From a virus (Duplodnaviria; Heunggongvirae; Uroviricota; Caudoviricetes), in the IMG/VR virus record IMGVR_UViG_3300037454_000941, positions 138,063-202,062 of that record: 64,000 bases of DNA. The stretch is one strand, 5' to 3'. Shown piece after piece: positions 1 to 7,739 of the stretch. Positions within the stretch are counted from its first letter, which is position 1, and each line of letters opens with the position of its first letter. The notes under the pieces are model-generated. The model was given only the letters and a program-made list of their open reading frames with translations. It was not told the DNA's origin and made no database searches. The position numbers and the translations under genes are program-made.

Positions 1-445
1 GCCAAGTAAGTACCTTCGTGAGTTCCGTCTTCTTTGTATGGACTTCAATAGATTTAAGGTCGCCTTTCTTGTGTCCCTTGGCATTTATCTTGTAGAACGA
101 TGGAACAAGTTCTTCTACCTTCACGAATTCAATCTTTTTGCGAATTGCATCAAACCGTAGCTGGTATGCCCTCCATACATCTTCTACTGCCTTCTTCAAG
201 TAGTGGCTGGAAAGCCGGGTGTTGAATGTAGGATTGAAGAAGTTAAACGCCTCGAACTTGGACATGTCCTGAAAGGCGAGCATATTCGAAAAGAACACGT
301 CGGATATGCCGTTCCTTACTGCACGGATTTCCTCTGCCCTATGGATGATTTCTGCTCGCTTAGTGTCGGACAGCATGATAGGATAGAACGCAGCGGAGAA
401 CTGCGATTCGTACCTATCTTTCAATGTCCAACAGTGTTTACTCAT
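1..445 (-). CDS. hypothetical protein, partial (start codon about 443-445, runs off the window edge)
   Basis: Uninterrupted minus-strand reading frame from ATG (complement of 443-445) to position 1; not in ORF track because it is truncated by the window. Confidence 0.35.
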   Translation of the reverse strand, partial: MSKHCWTLKDRYESQFSAAFYPIMLSDTKRAEIIHRAEEIRAVRNGISDVFFSNMLAFQDMSKFEAFNFFNPTFNTRLSSHYLKKAVEDVWRAYQLRFDAIRKKIEFVKVEELVPSFYKINAKGHKKGDLKSIEVHTKKTELTKVLTW

Positions 446-600
446 TATCCATTTGCCTATACCATTCTAATCGTTCTCGCATAAACTTGGGTTCCCGTTC
501 ATTAACAGGAGTGCTACGCCACCAGTCCATAAATCGTTTAGGGCAACGAAGAATGCTGCCATCAGCAAGTTTCATACGACATACGAGCGGCTCCATACCA

Positions 601-966
601 TTATCCTTTCCCAAGAGATGCAATGACCTCATCTTCCAGCTGACTAATAGCAACTATGTCCTCGTGCTCAATGATGCGACCGGCACACAGATGAACTTCA
701 AACATCGAACTCATGCTATATCCCTTGTACCGTTCCGGGTGATTTTGCGAATCCAGCTTTGCCATTATGCCCACGGCGCAGCGATATGCTTCATTGTGCT
801 CTTCGCCAAAATGCTCTGCACAATAATCAACGAACTCACGGCATTCGTTGACCAAGTGCGATGCAATGTTCATCGCATTTTTGTCTTTCATAAGACGATT
901 ATATATCTGCGACCGTACTTCTGACTTAAATGCAGCTGATGCCATATTCATATCTCCTTTAGGCAA
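601..966 (-). CDS. hypothetical protein
   Basis: 121-aa ORF directly downstream of the recombinase gene on the same strand. Confidence 0.4.
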   Translation of the reverse strand: MPKGDMNMASAAFKSEVRSQIYNRLMKDKNAMNIASHLVNECREFVDYCAEHFGEEHNEAYRCAVGIMAKLDSQNHPERYKGYSMSSMFEVHLCAGRIIEHEDIVAISQLEDEVIASLGKG

Positions 967-1600
967 CGCCTATCTGTTTGAGTTCCTTCATCTTCAGCTT
1001 GTTTTCCTTGCTCCGCTTTCCGTACAGCTTGGCGGAGAACACCATAATGATTGACAGGATGTCCTTCACCAGGTCAGACTCGAACGATGTGCCGAGTACG
1101 GTGTCGAGGTATTCAACCTGCACACCATGCGACTCGAAGTATTCGACAAGGAACTCATAGTTGAACCTGGTGAGGCGGTCACACCGTTCGATGACCAGCT
1201 TACTGAACTTGTGCTCCCTAGCCAGTTTCATCAGCTTTCGGAGTTTCTTGCGCTTGTCGTTCATGCCGGAGCCAACTTCGTCCATGATATAGTCTACCCG
1301 ATAATGCTGGGTAGCGCAGTATTCCAACAGTCGCAACTTCTGTCGTTCAAGGTCACCATGCGACTTCTGGTCTGCCGATGATACTCTACAGTAGACCGCA
1401 ACGCCGAGGTCACTGGTTGTTTCCTCCTTGGCAATGCCTTGGTAGGCATCCAGTGCATCGGTATCATACCGGCGATGGCCACCTTTTTCCTTACGGATTG
1501 GCTTCAACCGACCTTCCTCGTCCCAACGGCGCAAGGTGCTCTTGGAAACGCCCAGTATCTCACTTGCCTTGCTGATGCTGACTTTCTTCCCCATCGTCAA
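959..1600 (-). CDS. serine recombinase (resolvase/invertase family) with N-terminal MerR-type HTH; IS607 TnpA-like
   Basis: 213 aa; N-terminal HTH (ISKASEILGVSKSTLRRW) followed by a YCRVSSADQ catalytic-serine motif typical of small serine recombinases. Confidence 0.7.
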   Translation of the reverse strand: MTMGKKVSISKASEILGVSKSTLRRWDEEGRLKPIRKEKGGHRRYDTDALDAYQGIAKEETTSDLGVAVYCRVSSADQKSHGDLERQKLRLLEYCATQHYRVDYIMDEVGSGMNDKRKKLRKLMKLAREHKFSKLVIERCDRLTRFNYEFLVEYFESHGVQVEYLDTVLGTSFESDLVKDILSIIMVFSAKLYGKRSKENKLKMKELKQIGVA

Positions 1601-1754
1601 CCTCGATACCTAGACAGTTGGCCGCATTGTCCCAGAGTTCCTGCATCTGCTCTACTGTAGGAACATAGTCCAGCTCGAACATCATCGGCTGGATGCTCCC
1701 GTCGTCGAACTCGACCTCGTCCTTTGTTACTCGCACTACTTTCATACGCTTCAT
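1560..1754 (-). CDS. hypothetical small protein
   Basis: 64-aa ORF overlapping the recombinase start; weak. Confidence 0.25.
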   Translation of the reverse strand: MKRMKVVRVTKDEVEFDDGSIQPMMFELDYVPTVEQMQELWDNAANCLGIEVDDGEESQHQQGK

Positions 1755-2415
1755 TGTGGTTGTCCTTAATAAAGTTTATAACTATGTGTGAGTAAATTTA
1801 GATAATTTTGGGGAAGAATGGTGAAAATTTTTATTTACAGTTGATAACCCATCCAGGTCCTTCATACAGAAAGGCGGGGCGGGATCGACTCAGATATACA
1901 GGGCTAATTTCAACATCGACAGGAACCACTATCTGTATATCGAGGTCAATCAGTGCCATGATGTCCCAGAAGGTGCGCCGGAGACTGTCGTCACGGTGTC
2001 CTGGACCAAACGGTTCGATGACAATGACGAAAACAAGCGGCAGACGCGGTATGACGGGACCTTCATAGAGTGGCTTACCGGCAAAATGGACGAGCTGGAA
2101 CCCGTGTATGCCGAGCGTTGCAAAGAAAGCATAGATAGGTTGTTGGTCTCGCTGGACAACATTCCCGCGAAGCGATAACTATTGTAAAAATCTTTTTACA
2201 TAAAAATGTGCATTTTACCCTTGAAACTTAGTGGAATTATTTCTATCATTGTATAAAACTTATGGCAAGGAAATAAAAAACCATGAAACAGCAACAGTCA
2301 CACTTGGGTTATTGTCTGATTAGTTTTGCCGCCGCGGCAGAACGTAATCTCGACTGGTCCAAGGAGGGGACCACGTTGCACCGGTAAAATTTCCTATCAA
2401 GGGTGGGTTTGAAAA

Positions 2416-2452
2416 CCAGGTTGCAACAAAAGAGCAACCTGGTTTTTTAATT
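2416..2452 (+). terminator. Rho-independent terminator
   Basis: CCAGGTTGC-loop-GCAACCTGG hairpin followed by TTTTTT. Confidence 0.6.
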
Positions 2453-2462
2453 AACCGCCGCA

Positions 2463-2755
2463 TATGGGGCCCCATGTTCCAAGGAGGCGATTGATCCTGG
2501 CAGGATCGATGTGTGGGATTCGATTTCCCAGGGTTCCATTATCGAAAAGCCCGTGAGGCTTTTCAGCAGATTGACATTTCGGATGACTTATAATTTTGGG
2601 CTCTCATGTTCCTTGGTGGCGACTTACCTTCGCAAGGTAGGTGTGACGAGATCGTTCCTCGTAGGGTCCAGTAACCACATGGGGCCGCATGTTCCAAGGA
2701 GGCGACCTGGCTTTGCAAGCCGGGTGGGTGGATTCGATTTCCACCGGTTCCACTA
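2463..2755 (+). repeat. three tandem structured repeat units (about 75-130 nt each) with T-arm-like hairpins
   Basis: Units begin ATGGGGCCCCATGTTCCAAGGAGGCGA / GGGCTCTCATGTTCCTTGGTGGCGA / ATGGGGCCGCATGTTCCAAGGAGGCGA. Each has a variable hairpin then a stem with loop ATTCGATTT / ATCGTTC. Stem pairs covary (TGGG/CCCA vs GTGG/CCAC). Confidence 0.55.
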
Positions 2756-2895
2756 ATAAAATGGTATAATTTAAGTAATGTATTAGAGATTACCAGGGGA
2801 CAGGTAACTGGCATTACTTGACTTGTCGTTCGAGTCTAACTCTGGTAATTCAAATTATTATAAACTACAATTAGAACATTGCCAGATGTTTTATT

Positions 2896-3570
2896 ATGAA
2901 TTATACTAGAATTTATGCAAGCATTGTATTGCGTGCTCAGTCTGAACGAACTGAACGGTTAGCCTTGAAAAAGCAAGGTAAGTATTTTGAAGACCATCAT
3001 ATTGTACCTCGGTCGTTGGGTGGTCGTGATGTTATTCAAAATATGGCATTATTAACTGGAAGAGAGCATTTCATATGTCACTGGTTATTGGTTAAAATAT
3101 ATCCAGTAAATAGTGATGAACGTGAGAAGATGTTGTATGCGCTGTGGCGAATGTCGACTAAAAATGAGTTTCACGTAGGTCGATATGTAAATTCGCATAT
3201 ATATGAATACTATAGAACTGAATTTGCTAAGCAAGTAAGCCAACGGATTTCATCTGTACAAACTGGAGAAAATAACTCTCAATATGGTACGCACTGGTAT
3301 ACTAACTGTTATACTGGTGAGACGATACGAACGCGGGACCAATTGATATATCCGTGGTATAAAGGCAAAAATTTGTTTCGTGGCGAGAGTCGTAAAATAA
3401 AATATTGGAATGCCAGTACACCATATAGGCACTCCGTTGCAAAGCGTAATCAAACCAGAAAGCGAATTCGTAAAGACGTTCACGGTAACTCATATATCGA
3501 ACGCACGTCTTTTGAAATTATGCAAGAATCAATATGCAAGGCAAAAAGATGGTGGGACGACAACAGATAA
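2896..3570 (+). CDS. HNH homing endonuclease
   Basis: 224 aa; HNH motif FEDHHIVPRSLGGRD...N...H; sits in an AT-rich island between mobile-element genes. Confidence 0.8.
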   Translation: MNYTRIYASIVLRAQSERTERLALKKQGKYFEDHHIVPRSLGGRDVIQNMALLTGREHFICHWLLVKIYPVNSDEREKMLYALWRMSTKNEFHVGRYVNSHIYEYYRTEFAKQVSQRISSVQTGENNSQYGTHWYTNCYTGETIRTRDQLIYPWYKGKNLFRGESRKIKYWNASTPYRHSVAKRNQTRKRIRKDVHGNSYIERTSFEIMQESICKAKRWWDDNR

Positions 3571-3776
3571 CATCGTTTCTACCAATAATTACCAAGTTTA
3601 ACCAGTATCCATTCACATTTTTCATGTAATAACATCTTGATTTTGAATAAAAATAATTGTAGATTGTTATAAACTTAAAGATGTATGCGAGTATGTGGTA
3701 GTTCTTGCATAACCCATTAGAACGGACTTTGAATGCCCGATGGACGCTAACTACCACAATAAGTGTTCATCGGGCA

Positions 3777-3788
3777 TTTGCTATATAG
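3777..3788 (+). promoter_or_regulatory. extended -10 promoter motif (TTTGCTATATAGG) upstream of tnpB
   Basis: variant of the recurrent TTTGCTATATTT motif 4 nt before the ATG. Confidence 0.4.
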
Positions 3789-3791
3789 GAT

Positions 3792-5183
3792 ATGGAACAG
3801 CATTGTGGAAGAAAGATATGCTTGAAACCGAGCAAGGCACAGGTACGGACGATGTACCGTATGTGTGCCGTTTCCCGCCGTGCCTACAACTGGAAACTGG
3901 CAGAACAGAACAAGGCTTACGAGGAGGCCAAGGCCAATACGCCGGAAGGCGAGAAGGTCAAGTGTACCCTTGGGACGCCGAGGGACTGGCATAAGGAATG
4001 GTGCATCTACAAGAAGCTCCCCGACAACAAGTGGATGACGGAAGTCTCCAAGTTCTGTGGCCAGGAGGCTTTAATCGACCTAGGCTCCGCATGGAAGCGG
4101 TTCTTCAAGGGTTTAGCCAAGCATCCCCGCTTCCACCGCTACAATCAGGACAATTCGTTCCGCTGCTCCGGTGGCGTATTCATTGGTCGAGATTTCGTCC
4201 AGCTTCCTACCCTCGGCAGAGTTAAGCTCCGTGAGAAGGACTATATAAAGATACCGAAGGATTCCGAGAAGATACCGCTTGCAATGGCGACGGTATCGGT
4301 CGATGCTGCTGGCAAGTGGTATGTATCATTCGCCTATGTAGCCGACATCGTTCCAGTCCACGAATCCATATCCTCGTTCGAGGAACAGGACATCGTAGGT
4401 GTCGATTTCGGTGTCAAGTACTTGGCAATCACGAGCGACGGTATCGTTTATGCCAATCCGAAAGCCTACCGTCATGCAAAGGCTAGGCTCCGCCGTGCCC
4501 AACGGGCACTATCCCGCAAGAAGAAACACTCCAAGAATAGGGAGCGCTGCCGTAGGCTGTTGGCTAGAATACATCGACGTATAACCAATATCCGTGTCAA
4601 TGCGGCACACCAGCTTACAGCTGACCTTACGAAGCACACCAAGCCGAAGGCCATCGTCCTAGAGGACTTGAAGCCGAAGAACATGTCCAAGAACCATAAA
4701 TTGGCTTCGGCTATCCTCGATGCCAACTTCGGTAGGATGAGACAGTTCCTCGAATACAAGTGTGCTTGGCTAGGCATCTTACTGTTCTTCGCACCGCAGT
4801 TCTATGCATCATCAAGATATTGCTCCCACTGCGGGCAATACTACAACACGGATTTGACCCTGGATGACAGGGAATGGGTATGCCCGGTATGTGGGCATAA
4901 GCATGATAGAGATTACAATGCAGCCAGGAACCTACAGTTCTATGGCCTGTGGCTACTAAACCTAGTAGTCCCGACTAATGACAATGCGGTGAGATACACC
5001 GTAAGTGGAGAAGTTCCCACGAATGCTTGCCCCCACGGCAACGCCCAGTGCGTTACCTATCGGGAAGGTATGGTTTACACCAACCCCAGAGACATGAGGT
5101 TGCAGTTCTTTGAAACACAAGAGCAGTGCATGGCGATGAAGCAAGAAATCACCAATACATATTTAATTGGTAAAAATGTGTAG
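3792..5183 (+). CDS. tnpB: IS605/IS1341-type transposase accessory protein TnpB (RuvC-like nuclease with Zn finger)
   Basis: 463 aa; OrfB/TnpB architecture: central GVDFGVKYLAITSDG RuvC motif, C-terminal CxxC...CxxC zinc finger, NAARN. Confidence 0.9.
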   Translation: MEQHCGRKICLKPSKAQVRTMYRMCAVSRRAYNWKLAEQNKAYEEAKANTPEGEKVKCTLGTPRDWHKEWCIYKKLPDNKWMTEVSKFCGQEALIDLGSAWKRFFKGLAKHPRFHRYNQDNSFRCSGGVFIGRDFVQLPTLGRVKLREKDYIKIPKDSEKIPLAMATVSVDAAGKWYVSFAYVADIVPVHESISSFEEQDIVGVDFGVKYLAITSDGIVYANPKAYRHAKARLRRAQRALSRKKKHSKNRERCRRLLARIHRRITNIRVNAAHQLTADLTKHTKPKAIVLEDLKPKNMSKNHKLASAILDANFGRMRQFLEYKCAWLGILLFFAPQFYASSRYCSHCGQYYNTDLTLDDREWVCPVCGHKHDRDYNAARNLQFYGLWLLNLVVPTNDNAVRYTVSGEVPTNACPHGNAQCVTYREGMVYTNPRDMRLQFFETQEQCMAMKQEITNTYLIGKNV

Positions 5184-5383
5184 AAATGATTTATCGGATG
5201 CGTTTCATGCCGGAAATTATAAAAACTTAGCAGAATTCGGACAAAATGTGAATCGAAGCAAAACATCTATATATCAATTGTTTAATTCATATATACCAGC
5301 ATTTAGTAGTGACCGAACTCATAGGCGCAGGCGTTTTTGTTCTAATATTGATTTGGTTGGTCAGTATGAATAATTAAATTTTT

Positions 5384-5455
5384 GCCCGTATAGCTTAACT
5401 GGAAGAGCCTCGGACTACGAATCCGACTATCGAGATTCGACTTCTCGTACGGGTA
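5384..5455 (+). tRNA. tRNA-Arg (anticodon ACG)
   Basis: hand-folded cloverleaf; acceptor GCCCGTA/TACGGGT, anticodon loop CTACGAA; no encoded CCA. Confidence 0.65.
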
Positions 5456-5463
5456 TTACTTTT

Positions 5464-5537
5464 GGCCTTGTCGACCACGTTGGCTAAGTCACCACCCTTT
5501 CACGGTGGAGAATCCGGATCGACACCGGACAAGGCTA
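5464..5537 (+). tRNA. tRNA-Glu (TTC)
   Basis: acceptor GGCCTTG/CAAGGCT, AC stem CCACC/GGTGG loop CTTTCAC, unusual T-loop ATCGACA. Confidence 0.6.
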
Positions 5538-5541
5538 CTAT

Positions 5542-5615
5542 ATTCGTCTAGCTCAATTGGTTAGAGTACCTGGCTGATATCCAGGCGGTTTCAAGTTCAA
5601 GTCTTGAGGCGAATA
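5542..5615 (+). tRNA. tRNA-Ile (GAT)
   Basis: AC stem CCTGG/CCAGG loop CTGATAT; T-arm TTGAGG... TTCAAGT. Confidence 0.65.
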
Positions 5616-5624
5616 CTAAATTAT

Positions 5625-5700
5625 GCACCATTAGCTCAGTTGGTTCTAGAGCAGTTGCCTCTTAAGCATCGGGTCCAAAGTTCAAGTCTTTGATGGTGCA
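5625..5700 (+). tRNA. tRNA-Lys (CTT)
   Basis: acceptor GCACCAT/ATGGTGC, AC loop CTCTTAA (one stem mismatch). Confidence 0.55.
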
Positions 5701-5712
5701 CTAACAAATTAT

Positions 5713-5788
5713 TGCGGTGTAGCTCAGTCCGGTTCAGAGCAGCGGAATCATAATCCGTTGGTCGAAGGTTCAAATCCTTCTTCCGCAA
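5713..5788 (+). tRNA. tRNA-Met/Ile2 (CAT)
   Basis: AC stem GCGGA/TCCGT loop ATCATAA; T-loop TTCAAAT. Confidence 0.6.
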
Positions 5789-5795
5789 CTATTGT

Positions 5796-5869
5796 GGGGC
5801 CATCGTCTAGTTGGCTAGGACACCAGCCTGTCACGCTGGAAATCACGGGTTCGAACCCCGTTGGTCCCG
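5796..5869 (+). tRNA. tRNA-Asp (GTC)
   Basis: acceptor GGGGCCA/TGGTCCC, AC loop CTGTCAC, T-loop TTCGAAC. Confidence 0.65.
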
Positions 5870-5873
5870 TTAC

Positions 5874-5946
5874 ACTCGGTTAGCTCAGTAGGGAGAGCGC
5901 CTGTTTTACACACAGATTGTCGGCAGTTCGATCCTGTCATCGAGTA
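5874..5946 (+). tRNA. tRNA-Val (TAC)
   Basis: AC loop TTTACAC, T-loop TTCGATC. Confidence 0.6.
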
Positions 5947-5950
5947 CTAT

Positions 5951-6022
5951 AGGGATTTAGGACAGTGGCTAGTCTAGCGCTCTCCAAAAGCGTCTACGGG
6001 AGTTCGAATCTCTCAGTCCCTG
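5951..6022 (+). tRNA. tRNA-Trp (CCA)
   Basis: acceptor AGGGATT/AGTCCCT, AC stem GCGCT/AGCGT loop CTCCAAA, T-loop TTCGAAT. Confidence 0.65.
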
Positions 6023-6029
6023 CTATCTT

Positions 6030-6106
6030 ATTCCACGGTCGGCAAGTGGTATGCCAGCGTGCTGTTAACGCGCCAGATTTTCGGTGGTTCGAGTCCCGGC
6101 AGAGCT
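6030..6106 (+). tRNA. tRNA-like, possibly Asn (GTT), irregular T-arm
   Basis: D-arm GGCA-AGTGGTA-TGCC, AC stem GCGTG/CGCGC loop CTGTTAA, GGTTCGAGTCC present but acceptor/T-stem pairing not resolved. Confidence 0.35.
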
Positions 6107-6113
6107 ACTAAGT

Positions 6114-6201
6114 AACGAGAACGAGATTGCGAGAAACCCGATGGTGACTCAGTTAGTGAGTATCTTGGCGGTTCTAAACCGCCCGCCATCTCGCTCTCGT
6201 T
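6114..6201. ncRNA. atypical cloverleaf-like element (three hairpins inside a 14-bp stem), not a canonical tRNA
   Basis: AACGAGAACGAGAT...ATCTCGCTCTCGTT long stem enclosing hairpins ACTCA-GTTAG-TGAGT and GGCGG-TTCTAAA-CCGCC; no T-arm on either strand. Confidence 0.4.
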
Positions 6202-6209
6202 ACAACATC

Positions 6210-6283
6210 CCCGCAGTAGTGTTAATTGGTTAGCACGCATGCTTGTGGCGCATGAAGTTCGGGTTCGAATCTCGGCTATGGGA
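6210..6283 (+). tRNA. tRNA-His (GTG)
   Basis: AC stem CATGC/GCATG loop TTGTGGC, T-loop TTCGAAT. Confidence 0.55.
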
Positions 6284-6305
6284 CTAACGAAGATAAATAA
6301 ATATG

Positions 6306-6422
6306 GGCTTCAAAGACAGTCGGGTTCTGTGTGACAAGAGACTGAATTTCTCAGCAAGTCTTCAACTGAGTCGATACTACTGAGACTCAAGCGCACGGGT
6401 CTGGTTCGAATCCAGGGAGGTC
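6306..6422 (+). tRNA. tRNA-like, over-long (about 117 nt), possibly interrupted
   Basis: canonical 3' half (TCTGG-TTCGAAT-CCAGG, acceptor GAGGTCC) but the only complementary 5' acceptor (GGGCTTC) is 117 nt upstream; internal hairpins with 11-nt loops. Confidence 0.3.
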
Positions 6423-6435
6423 CACTACTTTTTAA

Positions 6436-6509
6436 TCCACTTCAGTTCAATTGGTAGAACACACGCCTGTTAAGCGTTGAGGTTCTTGGTCCGAATCCAA
6501 GAGGTGGAG
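6436..6509 (+). tRNA. tRNA-Asn (GTT)
   Basis: acceptor TCCACTT/AGGTGGA, AC loop CTGTTAA, T-loop TCCGAAT. Confidence 0.6.
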
Positions 6510-6519
6510 CTATTTTTAT

Positions 6520-6603
6520 GCCGGTGCGCCGACGATGGCGAGTCGGGGGAGACTGTAAATCTCCTGCCTTCGGGCTTAGGGCGTTCGAATCGCTCCACCG
6601 GCA
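6520..6603 (+). tRNA. tRNA-Tyr (GTA), class II
   Basis: acceptor GCCGGTG/CACCGGC, AC stem GGAGA/TCTCC loop CTGTAAA, long variable arm, T-loop TTCGAAT. Confidence 0.7.
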
Positions 6604-6613
6604 CTAAAATTAT

Positions 6614-6686
6614 TCCACCTTAGCTCAGTAGGTAGAGCGGGCGACTGTTAATCGCCTGGTCCCACGTTCGAGTCGTGGAGGTGGAG
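6614..6686 (+). tRNA. tRNA-Asn (GTT), paralog of the gene at 6436
   Basis: acceptor TCCACCT/AGGTGGA, AC stem GGCGA/TCGCC loop CTGTTAA, T-loop TTCGAGT. Confidence 0.65.
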
Positions 6687-6693
6687 CTAATAT

Positions 6694-6769
6694 TGCCGAT
6701 TAGCCAAGCGGTAAGGCGCCGCGCTCTGAACGCGGGATTCTTTCGGTGGTTCGATCCCATCATCGGCAA
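6694..6769 (+). tRNA. tRNA-Gln (CTG)
   Basis: acceptor TGCCGAT/ATCGGCA, AC stem CCGCG/CGCGG loop CTCTGAA. Confidence 0.65.
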
Positions 6770-6779
6770 CTATTTATAT

Positions 6780-6850
6780 GCACCTATGTTGTAGTGGTAG
6801 CAAAACGCATTGCCTGTGCGTGAGCTCCGGTTCGAATCCGGATAGGTGCT
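6780..6850 (+). tRNA. tRNA-Gly (GCC)
   Basis: acceptor GCACCTA/TAGGTGC, AC stem ACGCA/TGCGT loop TTGCCTG, T-loop TTCGAAT. Confidence 0.6.
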
Positions 6851-6854
6851 CTAT

Positions 6855-6942
6855 CTCGATGTGATGGAACTGGTAGACATAACAGGTTGAGAGCCTGTGG
6901 CATATACAAACGTGCATGGCAGTCCGACTCTGCCCATCGAGA
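6855..6942 (+). tRNA. tRNA-Leu (GAG), class II
   Basis: acceptor CTCGATG/CATCGAG, AC stem ACAGG/CCTGT loop TTGAGAG, long variable arm. Confidence 0.65.
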
Positions 6943-6954
6943 CTAAACAACTTG

Positions 6955-7042
6955 CTCCCCGTGATGGAATGGGCATACATATGGGACTTAAAATCCCACG
7001 CGAAGAATAAATCGCATACCGGTTCGATGCCGGTCGGGGAGA
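6955..7042 (+). tRNA. tRNA-Leu (TAA), class II
   Basis: acceptor CTCCCCG/CGGGGAG, AC stem TGGGA/TCCCA loop CTTAAAA, T-arm ACCGG-TTCGATG-CCGGT. Confidence 0.65.
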
Positions 7043-7120
7043 CTATAGGAGAATCGAACATGAAGAAACTTAAATTGAAACGATTATAAAGGTGGCAGCT
7101 GCCTATCAGCTGTGATTTAT

Positions 7121-7213
7121 GCGGGTATAACTCAGCTGGTAGTGCGTTTTACGCCAAGAGTACGCGACTTTTAATCGCGGAGTCGGAATTGGGTTCGAAT
7201 CCCCCTACCCGCA
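7121..7213 (+). tRNA. tRNA-Lys (TTT) with about 15-nt insertion in the D-loop
   Basis: acceptor GCGGGTA/TACCCGC, AC stem CGCGA/TCGCG loop CTTTTAA; D-region carries extra TGCGTTTTACGCCAA. Confidence 0.5.
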
Positions 7214-7217
7214 CTAT

Positions 7218-7288
7218 GCATCATTGAGGTAATGGTAGCCCTGCAGAATTCCACTCTGCCTGTACGAGTTCGAGTCTCGTATGATGCT
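7218..7288 (+). tRNA. tRNA-Gly (TCC)
   Basis: acceptor GCATCAT/ATGATGC, AC stem GCAGA/TCTGC loop ATTCCAC. Confidence 0.6.
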
Positions 7289-7297
7289 CTATTTTAT

Positions 7298-7382
7298 CGC
7301 TCTGTGGCGGAATTGGCGATACGCGGCGCACTCAAAATGCGCTGTCCGAAAGGGCATGTGGGTTCGACTCCCACTTGAGCGA
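7298..7382 (+). tRNA. tRNA-Leu (CAA), class II
   Basis: AC stem GCGCA/TGCGC loop CTCAAAA, variable arm, T-loop TTCGACT. Confidence 0.6.
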
Positions 7383-7391
7383 CTAATCTAT

Positions 7392-7475
7392 CGGCATGTG
7401 GAGTAACTGGTAGCCTCGTCAGATTCAGGTTCTGATGGCCGCAAGGTCGTGAGGGTTCGATTCCCTCTGTGCCGA
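7392..7475 (+). tRNA. tRNA-Leu (CAG), class II
   Basis: acceptor CGGCATG/TGTGCCG, AC stem TCAGA/TCTGA loop TTCAGGT, T-loop TTCGATT. Confidence 0.55.
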
Positions 7476-7481
7476 CTATTT

Positions 7482-7553
7482 GGCCCTTTAGACCAGCGGT
7501 TAAGTCACGGGATTCTCAATCCCGGCACCCGAGTTCGAGCCTCGGAGGGGCTA
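7482..7553 (+). tRNA. tRNA-Glu (CTC)
   Basis: AC stem CGGGA/TCCCG loop TTCTCAA, T-loop TTCGAGC. Confidence 0.6.
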
Positions 7554-7557
7554 CTAT

Positions 7558-7631
7558 TGAGCCTTGGTGCAATTTGGTAGCACGCAAGATTTTGAGTCTT
7601 GATGTTGTTGGTTCGAGTCCAGCCGGCTCAA
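7558..7631 (+). tRNA. tRNA-Gln (TTG)
   Basis: AC stem CAAGA/TCTTG loop TTTTGAG, T-loop TTCGAGT. Confidence 0.6.
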
Positions 7632-7634
7632 TTA

Positions 7635-7724
7635 CCCGAGGTGGTGGAATTGGTAGACACCCCGGACTTAGGATCCGGCGCTGTATTCGCATGCAGCATG
7701 CAGGTTCGACGCCTGTCTTCGGGA
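7635..7724 (+). tRNA. tRNA-Leu (TAG), class II
   Basis: acceptor CCCGAGG/CTTCGGG, AC stem CCGGA/TCCGG loop CTTAGGA, long variable arm. Confidence 0.65.
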
Positions 7725-7739
7725 CTAACGGATTTTTAT

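Larger units (their letters stand above)
3735..5200 (+). mobile_element. IS200/IS605-family tnpB-only element (approximate bounds)
   Basis: TnpB ORF preceded by an 11-bp-stem hairpin (AATGCCCGATG...CATCGGGCATT); no tnpA. Confidence 0.5.

Noticed and set aside
6114-6201. Calling the CUA-loop element a functional amber-suppressor tRNA, implying stop-codon recoding
   Set aside because: No T-arm or valid cloverleaf forms on either strand. All recognisable genes in the window read through as long ORFs under the standard code, so there is no evidence of recoding. Kept only as an odd structured element.
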